Assembly (NCBI GenBank): GCA_963812085.1
Contig: CAWETL010000005.1
Location: 128,779 to 192,778, forward strand
DNA: 64,000 bases
DNA from: an uncultured Gemmatimonadales bacterium
GTDB lineage: Bacteria; Gemmatimonadota; Gemmatimonadetes; Gemmatimonadales; GWC2-71-9
Reading direction: 5' to 3'
Both the position numbers and the translations under genes were made by a program. Positions 54,464-62,382 of this stretch are shown piece after piece. How positions within the stretch are numbered: position 1 is the stretch's first letter; every line of letters begins with the position of its first letter. The notes under the pieces are model-generated. The model saw only the letters and a program-made list of their open reading frames with translations. It was not told where the DNA came from and made no database searches.

Positions 54464-55651
54464 CTACCGGAAGCGCAGCAGCGCCGCCATGCCGTCGACC
54501 TGTTCGCGGATTTCAGGATCGTCGATCATCTCCACCTCGACATGCTGCCGAAACGCCTCCTCGAGCGCCTCGGTCACCATGTCGGGCACCGGCACCGGAT
54601 CGCCCTCACCTCGGCAGTCACCCTTGGCCAGCACGAGTCGTCCCGAGTCCCCGCAACGATACCCGGCGCCGCCCTGCCCCGAGGGCACGATGAGCCGCCG
54701 CACCTGACCATGGCTCAATGCCAGGAGCGTGGGGCGCGCCCCGTTCACGGCCCAACCGGTCCCCATCCCCTTCTCCACCTCCGTCATGACCGACGCCTCG
54801 TGCGCCCGCTCCCAGGCCGAGCGCGCCTCGAGGGCGGCCTGGCGGACCTCGGCCTCCGTGGCCGAGGTGGGGTTGAGCCGCACCGCTCCCATGACAAGCG
54901 CGGACAGGCCGCGCGGCAGGAATCGCTGCTGCTCGGCCGTCGTACGGATGGGGCCGGCGAGGACGATTCCCTGGCAGGGGCGCTCGGCGACCAGCTTCGC
55001 CAATTGGTCGGCCACCGCGGCCGACTGGCGATGACGCTCTTCCCGGATCCGGTTGTGAAAGTCGTGCTCACCCCAACCGGGCGAATCGGCGCGATCACTG
55101 TGGAACTTCCCGCCCCGGGTCGCTTCCACCCGCAAGCTGGGCAACTCGCTCACGTCGTCCGCCGTCACTTCGAAGAACCGGACATGCGCCCGGTCGATGA
55201 GTGCGACGACGATCCGGCCGAACCCCTCGATGGCGGCGATCGCCTCGGCCAGTCGTGGCCGCTCGCCCAGGAGCAGCCGCGTCTGTACCACCCGCGGCAG
55301 CGGCACGACCTCGAACAGGTCCAGCGCCTCGCAAGCGAAGAGAGCCAAGCCCGGGCTGTGCGGCAGGCCGCCACCGTCCTGCGTGTACTGCTCGATCCGC
55401 GCCAGGTCGCGATGCAGTGCCTCACGCTCCGGATGGGGCAGCCCGGCCTGGTCCACCGTGGTCCGGGCCCGCCGCACCGCGTCCCGCACGGCGATATGCT
55501 GGCGATTCCTGATCCGGTCCTGGATGTCGAGCCGCACGTACACCGTGACGACACGCGCGCCGTCGGCCTTCAGGGTCGCGAGCCGCTTGAGCGCTGCCGG
55601 CCCCGACGCGATGGTGGGAGCCTCGAAGGTGAGAAGTTCGATGGCGGTCAT
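54464..55651 (-). CDS. eRF1-like protein (bacterial archaeo-eukaryotic release-factor-like, baeRF type)
   Basis: 395 aa. The central segment LRVEATRGGKFHSDRADSPGWGEHDFHNRIREERHRQSAAVADQL parallels the eRF1 M-domain GGQ loop (…GRGGQSALRFARLRMEKRH…), but has GGK (55106-55114) and an insert. The call rests on remembered family features, not a search. Confidence 0.6.
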   Translation of the reverse strand: MTAIELLTFEAPTIASGPAALKRLATLKADGARVVTVYVRLDIQDRIRNRQHIAVRDAVRRARTTVDQAGLPHPEREALHRDLARIEQYTQDGGGLPHSPGLALFACEALDLFEVVPLPRVVQTRLLLGERPRLAEAIAAIEGFGRIVVALIDRAHVRFFEVTADDVSELPSLRVEATRGGKFHSDRADSPGWGEHDFHNRIREERHRQSAAVADQLAKLVAERPCQGIVLAGPIRTTAEQQRFLPRGLSALVMGAVRLNPTSATEAEVRQAALEARSAWERAHEASVMTEVEKGMGTGWAVNGARPTLLALSHGQVRRLIVPSGQGGAGYRCGDSGRLVLAKGDCRGEGDPVPVPDMVTEALEEAFRQHVEVEMIDDPEIREQVDGMAALLRFR

Positions 55652-56250
55652 GGTGTGACTCCTTGCAATGCCGGCACAGCCGCGCCGTCGTCAGGGGGCC
55701 CCGCGTGCACCGCATGCCCCAAGGGCACCACGGTGCTCGCCTGCGCGCCCCGCTCGCCTTCCTCCGCGACGTAGCGCACGTCGGTGCCGATCTCGAGGCG
55801 CTCAAAGCCGGCGTTCGGCACGCTGTTGCGGTGGAAGTAGATCTCGTCGCCGTTCTGGGCGGAGATGAATCCGTAGCCTTCGTAGCTCAACAGCTTGCTC
55901 ACGCGGCCCTGCAACTCTTCGGCGCGGAGCTTCACGTCGCCGCGCATTTCCCGGGCGTAGTCCTGGAGCCGCCGCCGCGCTGCGTCAAATGCGTCCTCGA
56001 GCGCTTCCCGGAAGCTCGCTCTGGCCTGCCGGGTGACGGCCAGCTCCCCGCCCGGAACCGTGAGGAACAGCCGGAACGTCCATTCGACCGGCTCGCCGCC
56101 CGGGCGGCGATGGGGCACGCCGACCACCACGCGGCAGCCCACCAGGCGTGCGAAGTAGCGCTCCAGCCCGGCGACCGAAGCCTGGATCATGGCTTCCTGA
56201 TCCGGTGCGAGGGCCGGGCCCTTGGCAGTGATGTGAACGGGGATTTTCAT
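55648..56250 (-). CDS. HPF/RaiA (ribosomal S30AE) domain fused to a C-terminal cold-shock domain
   Basis: Starts at MKIPVHITAKG (residue 62 of the ORF, with a GGAGGG SD). HPF-like region: AGLERYFARLVGCRVVV...WTFRLFLTVPGGELAV...LEDAFDAARRRLQDY. CSD region: YEGYGFISAQNGDEIYFHRNSV...GTDVRYVAEEGERGAQA. Confidence 0.75.
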   Translation of the reverse strand: MKIPVHITAKGPALAPDQEAMIQASVAGLERYFARLVGCRVVVGVPHRRPGGEPVEWTFRLFLTVPGGELAVTRQARASFREALEDAFDAARRRLQDYAREMRGDVKLRAEELQGRVSKLLSYEGYGFISAQNGDEIYFHRNSVPNAGFERLEIGTDVRYVAEEGERGAQASTVVPLGHAVHAGPPDDGAAVPALQGVTP

Positions 56251-56369
56251 GGATCCCTCCGTGACCCCGCGCAGGACGGCGCGGCGAAGGCAGGCGATGG
56301 TGCCCGACCGCTTCAACCTACCCCCAGCCTGGTGAGCGGGTCGTGAAGGGAGGGTGAAGGGGTCCTGCC

Positions 56370-56513
56370 TCAGTGGCTGTGACTGCGGCGGATGATCCCG
56401 AGCATCTTGAGGTTGATGCGGACGAACCGCCACAGCTGCCAGGGCAGGAAGGTGCGCAGGAAGACCGTCCGCCTGGTCGGCCGGCTCACGTACGGCTGTC
56501 TGATGGACGTCAT
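56370..56513 (-). CDS. small hypothetical protein (47 aa), below the ORF-track length cutoff
   Basis: ATG at 56513 lies 5 nt after the SQR-like stop, with GGAG upstream. Translation: MTSIRQPYVSRPTRRTVFLRTFLPWQLWRFVRINLKMLGIIRRSHSH (amphipathic, basic). Coding status unproven. Confidence 0.35.
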   Translation of the reverse strand: MTSIRQPYVSRPTRRTVFLRTFLPWQLWRFVRINLKMLGIIRRSHSH

Positions 56514-56518
56514 GGCGG

Positions 56519-57970
56519 CTACTCCGGGATCAGGCTCCAACCAGGACGGAGCCGAGCCTTGTAGAGGAACACGTGGTGGAGGATGATCTTGATCCAGTGC
56601 CCCGCCAGGCCGATCTCGCCGAAGGTGCGGTCGAGATCCCGCCCGTACTCGGGGTAGCGCTCAAAGTCAGGGACGATCGGGAAGACGGTCATGGAGGCGG
56701 CCGTGCCGGTGAACGGATTGGCCCCGGCGGAGGCGACACAGGCCGCGCCCATCTCGGCCATGGACGCCGTGCGGGTCGGGGCCGGACTGCCGTGGATCAT
56801 GTCCACGATGCTCCCGGCCACAGCCTTGCCGATCATGGCGGAGGGCATGCCGGTCCGCGGCGGCGCCGGCGCGATGGCTGCCCCACCCGGGCTGGCGTAG
56901 GGGCGCGAAATCGCGTGCGGAGGAGCGAAGGCGATTCCCGCCGCGAACACGTTCGGATAGGCCGGGGACTGGTATGTCCGGGGCCAGTCGGCCGCGCGCC
57001 ACGCCTCGTAGGCCTTCGGCGCGTAGTCGGCATCGACCTTCATGAATTCGTTCGGCTGGAACATCCTGTTGGTGATGTCCTGTCCCTGCCGGTCGAAGGC
57101 CGCGAGCCCCACGCCGGAAAACGGCGGCAGGAGCATCGCGAAGTCGAACGCCTGCTCCCGCACCTCGCCCGCCAGCGTCTCATAGTGAATCTTCCCGCGC
57201 TCGACCTCCCGGACGTGCGACCGGGTGATCCAGTCGATTCCCCGCTCGGCGAACAGCGAAGCGTTGAAGATGCTGCTCGGGGTGATGTACCCCCCGGTCC
57301 GGAAGTGCATCCCGCCCATGCCGAAGTCGCCGAGCTCGTATTCGTTGGTGAGCCAGACGATTTCTGCCATCTCCCGCACGCCCCGGGCCCGAAGCTCGAA
57401 CTCGAGGTTGACGATGTACTCGAACGCCGCCCCTTCGCAGGTGCAGGTGCCGTGGCCCACGCCCACCACGAACCGCTGCCGCTCGCCCCGGCGCATCCGT
57501 TCCACCGATTCGGCCAGCGCGCGCGCCGCCTCGGCCGCATGGCCTTCGGTGCACACCGACAGGCTGAACCCCTCGGGCCCCAGGCCCGGCGTCTTGTCGA
57601 AGCGAAGCCGAGGCCCCGTCGCGTTGATCAGGTAATCGTAGGGAACCTGGACGCGCGCTCCGGGCGGGCCACCGGCGGGCTCGACCGCCACCGTGGGTGT
57701 GGAACCGGCCTCCGTTCCCTCGGGGTGGATGGCCCGGGCCGTACCCTGGACGAATTCGATGCCGTGCCTGGCGTAGACCGGACGCAGCGGAATCGTCACC
57801 TGGTCGGGTCGCATCAGTCCGACCCCGACCCAGATGTTCGAGGGAATCCAGTTGTAGTAGTCCTTCGGTGACACGACGGTTACCGTGTCGGTCTTCCCCA
57901 GCCACTTCCGGGCGAACGCGGCCGCGGTATGCCCGGCGATCCCCGCCCCCAGCACCACGACCCGGCTCAC
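56519..57970 (-). CDS. FAD-dependent pyridine nucleotide-disulfide oxidoreductase, sulfide:quinone oxidoreductase-like
   Basis: MSRVVVLGAGIAGHTAA (FAD-binding GxGxxG), conserved Cys-containing segments (LSVCTEGH, GHGTCTCEGAAFEY, GAACVASAG), and a C-terminal amphipathic tail HWIKIILHHVFLYKARL. Confidence 0.8.
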   Translation of the reverse strand: MSRVVVLGAGIAGHTAAAFARKWLGKTDTVTVVSPKDYYNWIPSNIWVGVGLMRPDQVTIPLRPVYARHGIEFVQGTARAIHPEGTEAGSTPTVAVEPAGGPPGARVQVPYDYLINATGPRLRFDKTPGLGPEGFSLSVCTEGHAAEAARALAESVERMRRGERQRFVVGVGHGTCTCEGAAFEYIVNLEFELRARGVREMAEIVWLTNEYELGDFGMGGMHFRTGGYITPSSIFNASLFAERGIDWITRSHVREVERGKIHYETLAGEVREQAFDFAMLLPPFSGVGLAAFDRQGQDITNRMFQPNEFMKVDADYAPKAYEAWRAADWPRTYQSPAYPNVFAAGIAFAPPHAISRPYASPGGAAIAPAPPRTGMPSAMIGKAVAGSIVDMIHGSPAPTRTASMAEMGAACVASAGANPFTGTAASMTVFPIVPDFERYPEYGRDLDRTFGEIGLAGHWIKIILHHVFLYKARLRPGWSLIPE

Positions 57971-58413
57971 CGGCTGCCCTCCATCGTCATCGTCGCCGGC
58001 TCATCGGTGCCGTCGTCGTTCACGTCGAAGTCGACGCTCGCGCCGGCCAGCTTGATCGCCGAGCTGGAGACGGTGACCTGGAACTGCATGTCACCACTCA
58101 TGCCGTCACGGACCATCGTGACCATGTCTCCGCTCAGCGCCCACGTCCCGGTCGTGGTGTCGGGCGCCGTCGCCGGCATGGTCAGGATGTACGCAAAGGT
58201 GTGATTGGCATCGATCGTCAGGGTCGCCGTTCCGCCCTGCGCGATGAGGTCGACCGACAGCTGCGGGTTGGCCTGGCTCACGAACAGCACCTTGGTGAGC
58301 TGCCAGGTCCCGGTGATCTCGCTCGAGCTGGGACCGGACCCTCCATCGGAGCTGCACGCCGCACCCGCGAACATCGCGGCAGCCAGCAGCGGGGTCGTCC
58401 AGTGTGCACGCAT
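57967..58413 (-). CDS. hypothetical lipoprotein (lipocalin-like beta protein)
   Basis: Starts at MRAHWTTPLLAAAMFAGAAC (lipobox, residue 49 of the ORF). The mature part, ITGTWQLTKVLF...TGTWALSGDMVTM, resembles lipocalin-like domains. 4-nt overlap with the SQR-like start. Confidence 0.6.
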   Translation of the reverse strand: MRAHWTTPLLAAAMFAGAACSSDGGSGPSSSEITGTWQLTKVLFVSQANPQLSVDLIAQGGTATLTIDANHTFAYILTMPATAPDTTTGTWALSGDMVTMVRDGMSGDMQFQVTVSSSAIKLAGASVDFDVNDDGTDEPATMTMEGSR

Positions 58414-58524
58414 ATGCCCTCCTGTCGCGTGGACGCTTGGCAAGGTAGGGCGCGGGGATGAAGAGGGGCTGAAGCGCGGGTGAGGCTTCGGTGGATGAAC
58501 CAAGCCGAGAGGCACGCGGACGCC

Positions 58525-58577
58525 AAAAGGACAGGACCGCAAGCGGCCGTCGGCCACCTGCGGTCCTGTCCATTTTC
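58525..58577. terminator. bidirectional rho-independent terminator downstream of the CAU tRNA
   Basis: GGACAGGACCGCA-...-TGCGGTCCTGTCC, a 13-bp stem flanked by AAAA (58525-58528) and TTTT (58573-58576). Confidence 0.75.
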
Positions 58578-58618
58578 GAGGCTGTCGCGCCCTCAGTCCC
58601 CGGCCCTCAGCCCTCGAG

Positions 58619-58695
58619 TGGTGGGCCCTGCTGGATTCGAACCAGCGACCTACGGATTATGAGTCCGCTGCTCTAACCACCTGAGCTAAGGGCCC
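58619..58695 (-). tRNA. tRNA with CAU anticodon (Met by anticodon; sequence resembles tRNA-Ile2/ileX, lysidine-dependent)
   Basis: Reverse complement: GGGCCCT TA GCTC AGGTGGTTA GAGC A GCGGA CTCATAA TCCGT AGGTC GCTGG TTCGAAT CCAGC AGGGCCC A CCA. CCA is encoded. The acceptor and T arms closely resemble E. coli ileX as I remember it. Confidence 0.93.
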
Positions 58696-58707
58696 GTTGG
58701 CCCAGGC

Positions 58708-59376
58708 CTACTTGAACTTGTACGTCACGCCGAGGGTGATTTCGCCGCTGCCGTACCACGAGGTGTCGTACGCGTAGCAGTAGTACGGGAAGAACGGCTG
58801 GCAGTACACCGAGTCCGACCCGTTCACGTTCACCCAGCGATAGCGGCCGTCCAGGGTGGCGCCCCACTTCTCGTTGAAGAACTTCTGGCCGCCCAGCCCG
58901 AAGACCGTGCCGAAGTAGGTCTTGCTGCCGCCGCCGTTGGTGCTGGCGGTGCCGCCGCTGCTGTTGATGTTGTCGGCGCCGCCGCCGAGGGCCAGGTAGC
59001 CCTGGGTGTTCGGGTCGTTGCCGAAGTAGAAGTTGAAGGTGCCTTCGTACACATTCGTGTGGACGTCGTTCAGCTGCGTTCCATTGTCGGTGCCGCCCTT
59101 GATCGTGACCGATGGGTCGGCGTGCGCGTACTCGAACACCAGCCCGATGGCGGAATTGAACTTGTGACCGAGCCGGGCACCGTAAGTGAACGAGCTGCCG
59201 ACGTCGATCGAGTTGGCCAGCGCGCTGTTGACGCTACTCAGCGAGCCGCCGATGTAGATGCCCCCGAACGGTGTGATCCAGGTCGACTGCGTGTAGTACT
59301 GCGCCTGGGCCGGGGCGGCCAGCAGGGTAAGCCCCGTCAGGAGCGCGACTGCAGCAGCAGGACGAGTGATGGACAT
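58708..59376 (-). CDS. outer-membrane beta-barrel protein (OmpW/OmpA-like porin family), paralog 1
   Basis: MSITRPAAAVALLTGLTLLAAPAQAQ signal peptide, alternating aromatic/Gly beta-strand pattern, and a C-terminal ITLGVTYKFK ending in an aromatic-X motif. Confidence 0.75.
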   Translation of the reverse strand: MSITRPAAAVALLTGLTLLAAPAQAQYYTQSTWITPFGGIYIGGSLSSVNSALANSIDVGSSFTYGARLGHKFNSAIGLVFEYAHADPSVTIKGGTDNGTQLNDVHTNVYEGTFNFYFGNDPNTQGYLALGGGADNINSSGGTASTNGGGSKTYFGTVFGLGGQKFFNEKWGATLDGRYRWVNVNGSDSVYCQPFFPYYCYAYDTSWYGSGEITLGVTYKFK

Positions 59377-59439
59377 CAGGTGCCTCCGAAAGAAGGTCGT
59401 CAGGACTCCGGCTTGAGCCAAGGGCCCGCGGCCCCGGGG

Positions 59440-60073
59440 CTACTTGAACTTGTACGTCACGCCCAGGGTGATTTCGCCGCTGCCGTACCACGAGGTGTCG
59501 TACGCGTAGCACCCGTAGAAGCCGCAATAGTAGGAATCGGCGCCGTTCACGTTGACCCAGCGATAGCGCCCGTCCAGCGTGGCGCCCCACTTTTCGTTGA
59601 AGAACTTCTGGCCGCCGAGGCCGAAGACGCCACCAAACTGGGTGGAGCCACCGGCGCTCGTGCTGAAGTTGTCGGCGCCGCCACCGAGGGCGAGGTAGCC
59701 CTGTGTGTTCGGGATCGTTGCCGAAGTAGAAGTTGAACGTGCCTTCGTAGATGTTGGTGTGCAGGTCCATGGTCTCACCAGCGGCGGTCCCGCCCCGGAT
59801 CGTCACCGACGGGTCGGCGTGCGCGTACTCGAAGACCAGCCCGATGGCGGAATTGAACTTGTGGCCGAGCCGGGCGCCGTACGTGAACGACTCACCGACG
59901 TCGATGGAATTGGCAACCGCACTCTGGACGCCGCTGAGCGAGCCGCCGAAGTAGATGCCGGCGAACGGCGTGATCCAGGTCGACTGCTCGTAGTACTGCG
60001 CCTGGGCAGGGGCGGCCAGCAGGGAGAGCCCCGTCAGGAGCGCGACGACGACAGCGGGACGAGTGATGGACAT
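59440..60073 (-). pseudogene. outer-membrane beta-barrel protein paralog 2, disrupted by a 1-nt insertion (frameshift near 59714)
   Basis: The N-terminal 119 aa are in the frame of ORF 59234..60073 (MSITRPAVVVALLTGLSLLAAPAQAQ...FYFGNDP). The remainder is in the frame of ORF 59440..59778 (NTQGYLALGGG...ITLGVTYKFK). Total length is 634 nt (3n+1). Paralog 1 has gggtcgtt where this copy has gggatcgtt. Confidence 0.65.
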
Positions 60074-60097
60074 CAGGTGTCTCCGAAAGGGGGTTCT

Positions 60098-61189
60098 TCA
60101 GGACTCCGGCTTGCGCCGGTCCGCCAGGATGCGCTCGTAGAGCGCAATGTGTGCTTGAGCCATCTGCTTCCGGGTGAATCGCTCGGCGACCCGCGCCCGC
60201 CCGGCGGCGCCCAGCCGCTCGCGCAGTGCGGCGTCGCCGGCGAGCTGGGCCATCGCCTGCCCGAGCGCCTCGGGATCCCGGAGCGGCACCACCAAGCCCG
60301 TCTGGCCGTGAGAATTAACCTCGCGCAGGCCACTGGGCAAGTCGGTCGTGATGACCGGCCGGCCGGCGGCCATCGCCTCCACCGCCACCAGGCCGAACAT
60401 CTCCGCGACCGACACCGACGGCAGCACCAGGAAGTGCGCCTCGGCCATCCGTCGCGTCAGGTCTTCGTCGGGGTACTCCCCGTACCAGCGGACCCGGTCG
60501 GTCACCGCCAGCGCCTGGGCCAGCGTCCGCAGCCGGGGCGCCTCGGGTCCCCCACCCACGATGTCCAGCCGCAGGTCCGGCACCCGCTCCAGCGCCCGGA
60601 GCAGGATGTCCACACCCTTGTACTTCACCAGCCGGCCGATGAAGAGCGCCCGGATCGGCCCGGACGCAGGCGCCGCCGCCACGCCGTTCCAGCGCGTCTC
60701 GTCGATCCCGAACGGAATGACCTCCACCTTCCCCTCGAACCCTTCCAGCTCCTGGCAGAGCGCGATGTGCGCCCGGCTCGGGACGACGATCGACTTGGCC
60801 CGTTTCAGCGTGATGCGGGACAGGATCCGCTGAGGGCTCCGGCGCAGGTCGGCGTGCTGAGTGACGACCAGGGGCGTGCGCATTGCACGCAGCATGACCG
60901 CGAGATCGGCGAGCGGATGGGGGTGATGGACGTGGATGATGTCGGCCCGGTGCCAGGCCGCCGCGAGATAGCCCGGAGCAAAGTCCTGGGAGCCGAGCGT
61001 CCCGAAGGAAAAGACCCGGGTCACGCGTGAGCGGTGCCGGCCGGGCCCGTCCCCTTCCCCGGTGGACTGGACGGCCACGACTTCCACTTCGTGGCCGAGC
61101 GCGGCGGCGCCCTCGGCCAGGTCTTCCACCACGCGCTCACGACCGCCGGACCGCGGCCAGTAGTATCGAGAGAGATGGAGAATCCGCAT
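60098..61189 (-). CDS. glycosyltransferase family 4 (GT-B, group 1)
   Basis: MRILHLSRYYWPRSGGRERVV..., then EMFGLVAVEAMAAGRPVITTD (E-x7-E region). Confidence 0.85.
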   Translation of the reverse strand: MRILHLSRYYWPRSGGRERVVEDLAEGAAALGHEVEVVAVQSTGEGDGPGRHRSRVTRVFSFGTLGSQDFAPGYLAAAWHRADIIHVHHPHPLADLAVMLRAMRTPLVVTQHADLRRSPQRILSRITLKRAKSIVVPSRAHIALCQELEGFEGKVEVIPFGIDETRWNGVAAAPASGPIRALFIGRLVKYKGVDILLRALERVPDLRLDIVGGGPEAPRLRTLAQALAVTDRVRWYGEYPDEDLTRRMAEAHFLVLPSVSVAEMFGLVAVEAMAAGRPVITTDLPSGLREVNSHGQTGLVVPLRDPEALGQAMAQLAGDAALRERLGAAGRARVAERFTRKQMAQAHIALYERILADRRKPES

Positions 61190-61266
61190 GGCCTAATATA
61201 CCACCGGCCGGTGCAGGAGATCCCGCGGGCTTTGCGGCGGAAGGCGTTCCGGCCATCTTACTGCCC

Positions 61267-62382
61267 GTGCGCGCCGTCATCGTCTCCCACACATACGCCA
61301 ATCCCGAACGCCGGGGGAAACTCCGCGCCCTCGTGGGCCAGGGCGCCGCGCTCGCCGTGGCCGTCCCCGCGCGGTGGGAGGCGCCGGGCGCCCCCGGCGG
61401 CACCGTCACCACCTTTGCCGACGACGCGGGAGTCCGGATCGTCCCGACCGCCACCAGCGGCCGGGATGAGGCCGGCGCCCCGATCGCCTGGCGCGCCAGG
61501 GCCCTCCGCCGGCTGCTGACGGACTTCCGCCCCGACGTCGTCCAGATCGAGGAACCGCTCACCGCCCGCGTCACCCCGGCCGTCGCCAGGATGGCGCGCC
61601 AGCTGGGCATTCCCGTCGTCGCGTTCACCAGCGAGAGCCTCGGCCGCAAGCATTCGCTCCTCGCCGCCATGCGCCGCCGCCGCGCCCTGTCGGCCGCAGC
61701 CGGTGTCATCGGCGCGAATTCGCTGGCGACCGGCCTGGTCCGCCAGGAATTCCCTTCCCTCGCATCGACCGCCATCCCGCAGCTCGGGATTCCCGTCCCC
61801 CGCGCGCCCGTGACCGAACCCCATCCGCCCCTCGCGATCGGCTTCGTGGGGCGGCTGGTGCCCGAGAAAGGCCTCGACGTGCTCTTCCGGGCGTGCATCA
61901 AGCTCCACGGGGCGTGGACCGTCACGGTGGCGGGAACCGGCCCCGCGCAGGAGGAGCTCGAGGCGCTCGCCGAGCGGCTGGGAATGGCCTCCCGGGTCAC
62001 CTGGCTCGGCGCCATCTCGCGGCAGGACCTCGCCGCGGTCTGGCCGAGGCTCGACTGCCTGGTCGTGCCGTCGCGGACCACCGCGCACTGGATCGAGACC
62101 TATCCCGTGCAGGTGCTCGAGGCGATGGGCAACGGCGTCGCGGTGGTCACGAGCGACTCCGGCGCGCTGCGTGAAACGACCGGCGGCGCCGGGCTGGTGT
62201 TCCGGGAGGATCATGCCGAGGGACTGGCGGAGGTGCTCGGGCGCCTGCTGGCGGACGCGGAGCTTCGCGAGCGGCTGGCGGCGGAGGGACGGCGACGCGT
62301 CATCGCCGAGTACGCGGACGACGCGATCGCCCGCAGGACCCTCGCCTTTTGGCGGGAGGTCCGCGCGAAGAAGGGGGCCTAG
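61267..62382 (+). CDS. glycosyltransferase family 4 (GT-B, group 1)
   Basis: A GTG at 61267 gives VRAVIVSHTYANPERRGKL, followed by FVGRLVPEKGLDVL and ETYPVQVLEAMGNGVAVVTSD. The upstream part of ORF 61027..62382 is junk overlapping the divergent GT. Confidence 0.85.
   Translation: MRAVIVSHTYANPERRGKLRALVGQGAALAVAVPARWEAPGAPGGTVTTFADDAGVRIVPTATSGRDEAGAPIAWRARALRRLLTDFRPDVVQIEEPLTARVTPAVARMARQLGIPVVAFTSESLGRKHSLLAAMRRRRALSAAAGVIGANSLATGLVRQEFPSLASTAIPQLGIPVPRAPVTEPHPPLAIGFVGRLVPEKGLDVLFRACIKLHGAWTVTVAGTGPAQEELEALAERLGMASRVTWLGAISRQDLAAVWPRLDCLVVPSRTTAHWIETYPVQVLEAMGNGVAVVTSDSGALRETTGGAGLVFREDHAEGLAEVLGRLLADAELRERLAAEGRRRVIAEYADDAIARRTLAFWREVRAKKGA

Noticed and set aside
54151-55774. Plus-strand ORFs 54151..54693 (180 aa) and 54332..55774 (480 aa).
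   Set aside because: The first reads through the REP elements, the tRNA-Val gene and its terminator. The second starts inside the tRNA duplication and is antisense to the eRF1-like gene. Neither has coding-like composition.
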